From a virus (Duplodnaviria; Caudoviricetes): a DNA stretch of 27,097 bases. Made by a program: the position numbers and the translations under genes. Shown piece by piece: positions 1 through 6,539 of the stretch; within the stretch, counting starts at the first letter, position 1, and every line of letters starts with the position of its first letter. A model generated the notes under the pieces. That model worked only from the letters and a program-made list of their open reading frames with translations. It did not search any database and was not told where the DNA came from. The DNA lies in IMG/VR virus record IMGVR_UViG_3300029825_000766, positions 1 to 27,097 of that record; one strand, 5' to 3'.

Positions 1-1170
1 TTATAAGAATAAATTGTTTAACCTTTCAACTGCCTGCGTTTTTTCTTCAGGCATTACATGAGTATATATATTTGCAGTAACAGATATATCAGAATGACCT
101 AATAACATTTGAACTGTTTTGAGTGGTACACCAGCTTCAAATAACTTGGTAGCATATGTATGCCTAAGTGCATGAAACTTACGATAAGTGATACCAGCTC
201 TTGTTAATATTCTTTTGTAGCTTCTTAATAGATTTCTTGCATCTATAGTTTTACCAAGCTCTGTTGTAAAAACAAAATTATTTTCAATATAGGATGGACC
301 CGCTTTTACCTTTTCTAATTTTTGTTGTGTTTTATGCTCTTTCAATACTGGAATTAAGCTACTTGGAATTGGAACTACTCGAATAGAATTTTTAGACTTT
401 GGAGTCTGCTCAATAGTTTTATATTCTTTTTCCCCATTTGCAGAAATTATATTTACTTGTTTAATACTACGTTGAACTTTTAGTGTTTTATATTCATTAT
501 CAAAATCACTCCATTTTAGCCCAAGAAGCTCGCCTTGTCGTAAACCAGTGCCTAAAGCTAATAAGAATAATGCTTTTAGCCTATGATTTTCTATAAATTC
601 CTTGAATTTTAATATTTCTTCTGTTGAAAATGTCTCAACTTCTTTTTTAGGAGTTTCCTCTTCACCAGGGATTACGATTCTTTTCCCACTGCATGGATTT
701 TTTAATAGATAACCTTCACCTACGGCATAATTAAAGAATGTTTTAAGCAATTTATTTAAAGTTTTTATTACGTTACTGCTTTTACCATTTTTATATAACT
801 TGTTATAGTAGCGCTGTAATTGTATAGTTTTTAAATTATACAATATCAAACCATAGATTTCACTATCCATTACATAATTCCTATAAATCCCTTCATATCT
901 TTGGAATGTAGAAGGTTTTGTCTTATTAGATACTCTTACTACTTCAAACAGCCAAGAGTGCATTAAATCTCCTAATATTGTGTTCTGATAATCGGCATTA
1001 AGACCGTTTTTTATGCCGTTTAGATATTCGTCCCTTTTATTTTCAGCATCCTTTTTACTTTTCCCGTAAAATTCTTTTCTGATTAATTTGCCTTTACTAT
1101 CTCTACCAATAGATGCTGTTACTCTATAATAGTCATTCCCATTTTTTGAATAGTTCGTCTTTACAGCCAA
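1..1170 (-). CDS. int: Tyrosine recombinase/phage integrase
   Basis: 389 aa, TTG start with GAAAGGAAG RBS; catalytic motifs GLRQGELLGL (R), TPKS (K), HALRH (HxxR), LLGH, IYTH (Y); N-terminal arm-binding-like segment. Confidence 0.96.
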   Translation of the reverse strand: MAVKTNYSKNGNDYYRVTASIGRDSKGKLIRKEFYGKSKKDAENKRDEYLNGIKNGLNADYQNTILGDLMHSWLFEVVRVSNKTKPSTFQRYEGIYRNYVMDSEIYGLILYNLKTIQLQRYYNKLYKNGKSSNVIKTLNKLLKTFFNYAVGEGYLLKNPCSGKRIVIPGEEETPKKEVETFSTEEILKFKEFIENHRLKALFLLALGTGLRQGELLGLKWSDFDNEYKTLKVQRSIKQVNIISANGEKEYKTIEQTPKSKNSIRVVPIPSSLIPVLKEHKTQQKLEKVKAGPSYIENNFVFTTELGKTIDARNLLRSYKRILTRAGITYRKFHALRHTYATKLFEAGVPLKTVQMLLGHSDISVTANIYTHVMPEEKTQAVERLNNLFL

Positions 1171-1176
1171 AGTATT

Positions 1177-1614
1177 TCACTTCCTTTCAAATTTTAATTC
1201 AATAATTTCCTTTGGAACACGATAATAAGCTGCTATTTGTTCTATAGTCATGCCGTTTATATATGTAAGGTCTATATCGTTATCATTGATTAATAGTTCT
1301 GCTGCAAACCTATCCGCTTCAATCTCATATCTACCTTTTACCATTAGTGGGTTATCTATAAAAAAAGCAATAGATAAGTTTACATGCAATATAGCGTGTG
1401 CAAGTTCATGAGCGCATATATATTTTTGCATATATTCATCTAAAGTATTGTTTATATGGAGTATTTCAATATTATCTTCTGTACGTTGAAAAAAACCATA
1501 CAGTTTAGATCCCATGTTATGCTTTAATACTGTTATGCCGAGGTAGTCGCATATTTCAAAAGGGTTATTAGTGTTATATTGTTCAAAAAGTCCATTGGCA
1601 ATATCCTTAATCAT
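1177..1614 (-). CDS. ImmA/IrrE-family metallopeptidase (antirepressor protease)
   Basis: HELAH (HExxH) followed by E..ADRFAAELL; lies between integrase and repressor; ATG at 1614 has a GGGAGGGA RBS (ORF track start at 1638 is less likely). Confidence 0.9.
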   Translation of the reverse strand: MIKDIANGLFEQYNTNNPFEICDYLGITVLKHNMGSKLYGFFQRTEDNIEILHINNTLDEYMQKYICAHELAHAILHVNLSIAFFIDNPLMVKGRYEIEADRFAAELLINDNDIDLTYINGMTIEQIAAYYRVPKEIIELKFERK

Positions 1615-1641
1615 TCGTAGTCCCTCCCACACCCACACGCA

Positions 1642-2049
1642 TCATTTATTTTCTTTTTTCTTTTTTTCTCTCAACTCTTCGGCAACCTTAAGCCCCATCT
1701 GGATGGAGTTAGCAAGGATTATTTTGTCCTCATCATCTAGAATTTCACCATTTAGCATTAGACCAGGCTGTGCCATTATAATTTCCATGGCTTGTTTTAC
1801 ATCTGTAATAGGAGCATAGGGGTCGGGGTTTGGCTTGGATATATTAGTTCTTTTATCGGTTTTACCCAAGAGATAGTCAGTTGAGACATTAAAATATTCT
1901 GAGATTTTAAGCAAAACCTCATAGCTTGGCTTTCTCGAATCTGTTTCATACATACCTATCATAGAAGTAGTAACGCCGATAATCTTAGCCAGTTCCTCTT
2001 GTGTAATTTTATATTCGCTTCTCAAACCCTTAAGCTTTTTTCCCAACAT
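1642..2049 (-). CDS. XRE-family HTH phage repressor (CI/ImmR-like)
   Basis: LKGLR..TQEELAKIIGVTTSMIGMYE..RKPS..LLKISEYFNVSTDYLLG; ATG at 2049 with GAGGTG RBS; divergent from Cro-like gene. Confidence 0.92.
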   Translation of the reverse strand: MLGKKLKGLRSEYKITQEELAKIIGVTTSMIGMYETDSRKPSYEVLLKISEYFNVSTDYLLGKTDKRTNISKPNPDPYAPITDVKQAMEIIMAQPGLMLNGEILDDEDKIILANSIQMGLKVAEELREKKKKENK

Positions 2050-2064
2050 TTTAATCACCTCTTA

Positions 2065-2230
2065 TTATCACTCTTAGTAATATTATACATACTATGAGTG
2101 ATAATATCAATACAACTATGAGTGATAAATTGAGATAATAAGAGCTATCAGGAGTAATAGGAAGAAAATAGCTCACTATATCACACTATCAGTTGTAATA
2201 ATGCTTGATTAATACCACTAATAGTTATAA
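2065..2230. promoter_or_regulatory. Cluster of five operator-like imperfect palindromes (ACT-N3-AGT core)
   Basis: ATCACTCTTAGTAAT, CATACTATGAGTGAT, ACAACTATGAGTGAT, CACACTATCAGTTGT, ACCACTAATAGTTAT; ACTATGAGTGATAA is exact at 2091-2104 and 2115-2128. Confidence 0.75.
2082..2110 (-). promoter_or_regulatory. SigA-type leftward promoter for the repressor-immA-int operon
   Basis: Minus strand TTGATA (2110-2105), 17 bp spacer, TATAAT (2087-2082). Confidence 0.75.
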
Positions 2231-2233
2231 TAT
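2205..2233 (+). promoter_or_regulatory. Rightward (lytic) promoter candidate
   Basis: TTGATT (2205-2210), 17 bp, TAATAT (2228-2233), with overlapping TATAAT at 2226-2231; an operator-like site fills the spacer. Confidence 0.6.
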
Positions 2234-2258
2234 ATTGTAGGAGGGGGGGAAAAAGAAT

Positions 2259-2507
2259 ATGGCAAATCATATAACTGAACTTAGAAAAAAGTCAGGGCTT
2301 GAAACAGCTAAAGAAGCTGCTGATAAGCTAAAGATTAGTGATAGCATGATGTATCAAATGGAAGGGGGGTATAAGCAGCCAAGCCCTAGTTTAGGAATTA
2401 AAATGGCAGAACTCTTTAATTGTACATTGGAAGATATTTTTTTACCGTTTAATACAACTATTGGTGATAAAACAGAACAAAAATTACCAGAAAGGAGGAC
2501 AAGTTAA
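2259..2507 (+). CDS. Cro-like XRE HTH regulator
   Basis: 82 aa; AKEAADKLKISDSMMYQMEGG..PS....KMAELFNCTLEDIF; first gene of the rightward operon. Confidence 0.88.
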   Translation: MANHITELRKKSGLETAKEAADKLKISDSMMYQMEGGYKQPSPSLGIKMAELFNCTLEDIFLPFNTTIGDKTEQKLPERRTS

Positions 2508-3320
2508 ATGAGTAAGTTAGTTTTAAAAGGCTTAACAGAAGTTGAAGGGATGAGATTTCATGATATTGAAGGAGGTTTTGGTGAAGGTAAAAAGTCAATG
2601 CTCGTTAAAGATATTGCAATAATTCATGATAGAGATTTGTTTAAGATTAATGAATTGATAAATAAAAACAGAAAAAGATTTAAAGATTACATTGACATTG
2701 TTGATTTAAAAGGAACTGAGTTCGCTATCCTTTTGAAGGATAACGAAATATATACCCAAAATGCTATAAATGCAAGTAGTAATATCTATCTTTTATCTGA
2801 ACGTGGTTATAGTAAACTCCTCAAAATTTTAGAAGATGATTTTGCATGGGAGCAATATGAAAAATTAGTTTATGGATATTTCAATATGAGAAAGGCAATT
2901 AAGGAGCAAAAACAAGTAACATCACCAGAGGAAAAGCAAAAACTTGCAGATGCCCGTATCCGCAATGCCAAAGCTAGAGAAGCAAATATTCTTTTGAAAA
3001 TAGCTAATCAGGCGGATTTAAACAAAACCTATAAACAAGTACTTTACTCTTATGCGAGTGCAATTATAGCAGACAAGCCCTTAATACCATTACCAGAGAT
3101 GCCTGAAGAAACTTTAACAGCTGAGGAAGTTGGAAAGCAATTAGGAATAACGGCTAATAGGGTTGGAAGGATAGCAAAAGCGAATAATCTTAAGACTGAA
3201 GAATATGGGGAATGGTTTCATGATAAGTCAAAGTATAGTAACAAAGAGGTGCCGAGTTTTAGGTATTACGAAAATGTTATCCCAGTAATAAAAAACCTAT
3301 TAATTCAGGAGGCAATGTAA
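2508..3320 (+). CDS. Phage antirepressor (ORF6N-like N-terminal domain plus C-terminal DNA-binding domain)
   Basis: IEGGFGEGKKSMLVKDIA..H, IYLLSERGYSKLLKILEDDFAW; C-terminal TLTAEEVGKQLGITANRVGRIA; position after cro. Confidence 0.8.
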   Translation: MSKLVLKGLTEVEGMRFHDIEGGFGEGKKSMLVKDIAIIHDRDLFKINELINKNRKRFKDYIDIVDLKGTEFAILLKDNEIYTQNAINASSNIYLLSERGYSKLLKILEDDFAWEQYEKLVYGYFNMRKAIKEQKQVTSPEEKQKLADARIRNAKAREANILLKIANQADLNKTYKQVLYSYASAIIADKPLIPLPEMPEETLTAEEVGKQLGITANRVGRIAKANNLKTEEYGEWFHDKSKYSNKEVPSFRYYENVIPVIKNLLIQEAM

Positions 3321-3575
3321 GTGGATATTACACCAGAGCAGCTAAGAGGCATTATAAAGGATGCCATTCATGAAGCATTACCACAGCAGCCTAAAGCAAC
3401 AATGACAATACAGCAATGTGCTGAATACAGTGGCATAGGAAGAGACAAGCTTATGGAATTGGCACACAGCAATGGCGACTTTCCAAGTTTTAAAGTAGGA
3501 AGTAAGTTTTTGGTTAACCGACAGATGTTTATTACTTGGTTAGAAAAAGTAACTAAGGAGGGGAGGGCCTTATAA
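3321..3575 (+). CDS. Excisionase-like HTH_17 DNA-binding protein
   Basis: TMTIQQCAEYSGIGRDKLMEL...FPSFKVGSKFLVNR. Confidence 0.82.
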   Translation: MDITPEQLRGIIKDAIHEALPQQPKATMTIQQCAEYSGIGRDKLMELAHSNGDFPSFKVGSKFLVNRQMFITWLEKVTKEGRAL

Positions 3576-3627
3576 AGAAATATCAATAAAATATAAGACT
3601 GCATAGAAAGGAGGCAGGGTAGTAAAA

Positions 3628-3864
3628 ATGATAACCGCGGAAAAAGTAAAAGGCTATGAAACTTTAGGAGTAAATACACAAATGTTTGAGCAATTCTTTC
3701 AAAATTTTTTAAATGCCTGGGGATCAGAAGCGAGAGCAACAATTAAGCCTATATCAGTTGGGCTTAGACGTGATAAGGCAAATGGCCCATATTTAAAATT
3801 TGTTTATCGGATTTATGGCTACAAAGAATGGGCACACGTAAAAAGTCCTACTACGTGGTATTAA
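3628..3864 (+). CDS. Hypothetical phage protein
   Basis: 78 aa ORF with an AAGGAGG RBS upstream, co-oriented with the early operon. Confidence 0.7.
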   Translation: MITAEKVKGYETLGVNTQMFEQFFQNFLNAWGSEARATIKPISVGLRRDKANGPYLKFVYRIYGYKEWAHVKSPTTWY

Positions 3865-3900
3865 GCGAGGAGGACAAGTAAATGAAGGGAGGTAAAGAGA

Positions 3901-4104
3901 ATGGAACTAGCAGCGCATGAAGAAATGAGAAGGTTTAGATATATTACCAATGATACAACAAAAAAAGATAAGTTCCAAGAGTTAGTAGCTTCAAAGAACT
4001 TATCCAAAGAAGATTTGGTTTTAATATTAACAACTATTAATTTAAACTTTGATATTTTTCCACAAGATATGTTAGAGAAGTTTCTAGGGATTCAAAAGTT
4101 GTAA
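3901..4104 (+). CDS. Hypothetical protein (3' end overlaps a convergent gene)
   Basis: GGGAGGT RBS, 67 aa; last 68 bp overlap 4037..4333(-). Confidence 0.55.
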   Translation: MELAAHEEMRRFRYITNDTTKKDKFQELVASKNLSKEDLVLILTTINLNFDIFPQDMLEKFLGIQKL

Positions 4105-4333
4105 TATTATTGACGGTTTCTATAACTTTTTGTTTAGGTTTTAATTGCCAAAGATATATGGTAGCATTCATAACTTTACGATTGTTATTCAGCCCAGATA
4201 CTTCTAAATCATAGCTATCATTAATCTTACGGTAAATAACCTGTTCACCATCTAGCACTTGCATAGAATAGTTAGAATCTAGTTTAGAGCAGATTTCTTT
4301 TAGTTTTTTAGTAGGACTTTTTATTTCAAACAA
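4037..4333 (-). CDS. Hypothetical protein, reverse-strand moron
   Basis: 98 aa, TTG start, GAAGGGGGG RBS, own promoter-like sequence directly upstream. Confidence 0.75.
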   Translation of the reverse strand: MFEIKSPTKKLKEICSKLDSNYSMQVLDGEQVIYRKINDSYDLEVSGLNNNRKVMNATIYLWQLKPKQKVIETVNNITTFESLETSLTYLVEKYQSLN

Positions 4334-4357
4334 AACAATCGCCCCCCTTCATAGAAG

Positions 4358-4386
4358 ATTTTACCACAGGAGGGGAGCTAAAACAA
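4358..4386 (-). promoter_or_regulatory. Promoter of the reverse-strand moron
   Basis: Minus strand TTGTTT (4386-4381), 17 bp, TAAAAT (4363-4358) in an extended -10 context TGGTAAAAT. Confidence 0.6.
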
Positions 4387-4402
4387 AAAGGAGGTGACAT
4401 AA

Positions 4403-4573
4403 ACGCTTAAAAAGTTATTAGCTGAAAGAGGTATTACTTTAACAGAAAGATTATCAGATATGGTTGTAACAGATGTTATATCTAACAGAATTAAATCCAA
4501 TAAGTATACAAGCCTAGAAGAGTTATTAGGAATAGCAGAAAAATGTGATAAAACGCTTAAAAAGTGTGCTTAA
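4403..4573 (+). CDS. Small phage ORF with ACG in the start position (non-canonical start or pseudogene)
   Basis: GGAGGTG RBS 6 nt before ACG CTT AAA AAG; 56 open codons (xLKKLLAERGITLT...KKCA); not in the ORF track. Confidence 0.55.
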   Translation, partial: TLKKLLAERGITLTERLSDMVVTDVISNRIKSNKYTSLEELLGIAEKCDKTLKKCA

Positions 4574-4591
4574 GAAGGGAGGTAGAAAACT

Positions 4592-4726
4592 ATGGAAGAA
4601 CTACTGGAGAAGCATTTGCAAGAAGTAGTAAAGCTATATTTTGCAGGTTACAGCGTTAAACAAGCATTGGAGGTGGTGAAGAAAAATGAAAGAGAACTGG
4701 ATGGCACTGTATATTGCAATAATTAA
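4592..4726 (+). CDS. Small hypothetical protein (44 aa)
   Basis: GGGAGGT RBS; MEELLEKHLQEVVKLYFAGYSVKQALEVVKKNERELDGTVYCNN. Confidence 0.65.
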   Translation: MEELLEKHLQEVVKLYFAGYSVKQALEVVKKNERELDGTVYCNN

Positions 4727-4838
4727 TCCAGATTATACAGTTGCTGCTGCACTGACAGCAATGGGATTACGCATGCATAAAAAAAAGAACCCTTTGCAGA
4801 GGGTCCAAAAAGTTAATAAACAATTAATTACATTATAG
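4686..4838 (+). CDS. Small hypothetical protein (50 aa), hydrophobic N-half and basic tail
   Basis: GGAGGTGG RBS; MKENWMALYIAIINPDYTVAAALTAMGLRMHKKKNPLQRVQKVNKQLITL. Confidence 0.65.
   Translation: MKENWMALYIAIINPDYTVAAALTAMGLRMHKKKNPLQRVQKVNKQLITL
4779..4806 (-). terminator. Intrinsic terminator on the minus strand
   Basis: Minus strand GGACCCT-CTGCAA-AGGGTTC followed by T8. Confidence 0.65.
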
Positions 4839-4873
4839 CATAAACTAAAATTTTTAAATAGGGAGGTAAAAAT

Positions 4874-5869
4874 ATGAGGATAGGTTTATATTCTAATGAC
4901 GTACATGAAGTTTTAAAGTTATCCAAGGCTAACAATATTAGTTTTATAAATGAAAATGGGATAACTTATATATCCGCAACTGAAAGGCAAGACACTAAAT
5001 TTAAAAGCCGAGTAATCAAAAAAGTACATGACTATGGCGAACCTGGACAAACTTTAATTAATAAAGATGTTTTAAAACTTATTCCAAAATACTGTGATGC
5101 AACTATAACAGAGGGTACAATTACTGCGGGTAGAAGAAAAATAAAATATTCTACTAATGATTTAGTAGACAAGCCTATAAAAGTAGATAATTATCTAACT
5201 ACAATACCAGCTGGTGGGTTAAGCCACTTATTAAGTTGTGATTATGCCATGAGTGAAACTTCAAAACGACCAGTATTAAACGGTATTTGTATACAAAATG
5301 ATGAGTTTACGGCTTGTGATAGTTGCAGGGTAGCAGTTAGAGAAGGTAATTTTGAAGCTAAGGAACAGGCTATAATTTCAGCCGATATAGTACCTATACT
5401 TAAAAAAGTTAAATATACTGGTGAAGTTGAAATTTATTGTAATGACTATTATGTCAAGTTCGTGTTTGGAGATTTAGAGGTAATAGGAAATAGACGGCAG
5501 GGAGAGTATTTCAATTATAAGTCTGTTATCCCAGATAAACATACCGCATCTGTAGTATTGGAGACTAAACCTCTACTGGATATTTTAAAAGACTATAAAA
5601 AGAATAAATTCAAACTTGTAAAATTAGATTTTAAAGAAAATGAATTGATATTAAGCGCTAATAATCAAACAGCAGCAGTAGAAGATTGCTTATGTATAAG
5701 TATGAAAGGAAAGCCTTTAGAAATTGCATTTAATCTAAATTACTTAATTGATGCACTTAACAATTATGAAACTGCTACTTTAGAACTTAACTCTAACATA
5801 AGTCCAATGGTGATTAAGTCTGATAATAAATTAGATTTAGTGCTCCCAGTAAGATTAACTAAAAAATAA
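4874..5869 (+). CDS. Phage-encoded DNA polymerase III beta subunit (sliding clamp) homologue
   Basis: RPVLNGICI, ACDSCRVA, GEYFNYKSVIP, LEIAFNLNYLIDAL, SPMVIK and terminal LVLPVR match DnaN domain II/III motifs; 331 aa with a short, divergent N-terminus. Confidence 0.85.
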   Translation: MRIGLYSNDVHEVLKLSKANNISFINENGITYISATERQDTKFKSRVIKKVHDYGEPGQTLINKDVLKLIPKYCDATITEGTITAGRRKIKYSTNDLVDKPIKVDNYLTTIPAGGLSHLLSCDYAMSETSKRPVLNGICIQNDEFTACDSCRVAVREGNFEAKEQAIISADIVPILKKVKYTGEVEIYCNDYYVKFVFGDLEVIGNRRQGEYFNYKSVIPDKHTASVVLETKPLLDILKDYKKNKFKLVKLDFKENELILSANNQTAAVEDCLCISMKGKPLEIAFNLNYLIDALNNYETATLELNSNISPMVIKSDNKLDLVLPVRLTKK

Positions 5870-5885
5870 AGAAGGTGGTACAGGC

Positions 5886-6125
5886 TTGAAAGTAGCATTG
5901 ATTAAATTTAAGAGCTATCAAGATTATATGGAATACTCATATTTAACTGATATAGATGATTTAGAAGAGGGTGATGTGGTAGTAGTACCAACCAATGATT
6001 CATATTCAATAGGCTATTTTTCAAGATATACAGCTAATAAACAGCATATAAAAAATGCTACTAAGTTAATAGTTGAAAAAGTAGATATTAAAGCCTATGA
6101 AACAAAAATATTTTTAGGAATATAG
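5886..6125 (+). CDS. Hypothetical phage protein
   Basis: 79 aa, TTG start with AAGGTGG RBS; YSYLTD..LEEGDVVVVPT suggests a small beta-barrel. Confidence 0.75.
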   Translation: MKVALIKFKSYQDYMEYSYLTDIDDLEEGDVVVVPTNDSYSIGYFSRYTANKQHIKNATKLIVEKVDIKAYETKIFLGI

Positions 6126-6140
6126 AGGAGGAAAAAAATT

Positions 6141-6539
6141 ATGAAAATCACAGCAGAATTTAATTCTAATGAAGAACTATTAAACTTTATCAGTACCTTT
6201 GGTACTAAAACTATACAGAAAGCTGAGCCAAAACAAGTAGTACAAGCATCTACAAGGGTAAAAAAAGTTGAAAATAAAGTAACTAATACACCAAAGGAAG
6301 AAAGTTTACCAACAGAATCACCAAAGGAGGATAAAACAGAATCACCAAAGGAGGATAAAAAAGAAGAGACTTCTAAAATAACTAAAGAAATGATTAGAGC
6401 AATATTTACAAAATTAATTAAAGCAGGGAAGCAGCAGGAAGCTAAAACTCTTACACAAAAATATGGAGCCGCTAAAGTACCTGATATAAAAGAAGAAGAC
6501 TATGCGGCAATATACAAAGAGGCGGAGGAATTATTATAA
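6141..6539 (+). CDS. Conserved phage protein preceding DUF2800 (low-complexity linker, helical C-terminus)
   Basis: GAGGAGG RBS; TKEMIRA....K.AK.L..KYGA.KV.DIKEEDY C-terminal pattern; stop overlaps the next start. Confidence 0.8.
   Translation: MKITAEFNSNEELLNFISTFGTKTIQKAEPKQVVQASTRVKKVENKVTNTPKEESLPTESPKEDKTESPKEDKKEETSKITKEMIRAIFTKLIKAGKQQEAKTLTQKYGAAKVPDIKEEDYAAIYKEAEELL
6312..6359 (+). repeat. Perfect 24-bp tandem duplication (TESPKEDK x2)
   Basis: ACAGAATCACCAAAGGAGGATAAA at 6312-6335 and 6336-6359. Confidence 0.9.

Noticed and set aside
1-60. attL/att core site
   Set aside because: The window starts at the integrase stop codon; no flanking DNA or second copy is available
1571-1819. 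Plus-strand 82-aa ORF over repressor/immA
   Set aside because: Antisense shadow of well-supported genes, no RBS
3368-3742. Minus-strand 124-aa hydrophobic ORF
   Set aside because: Shadow of the excisionase and next gene; Leu/Phe/Ser bias is expected from the reverse of A-rich coding DNA
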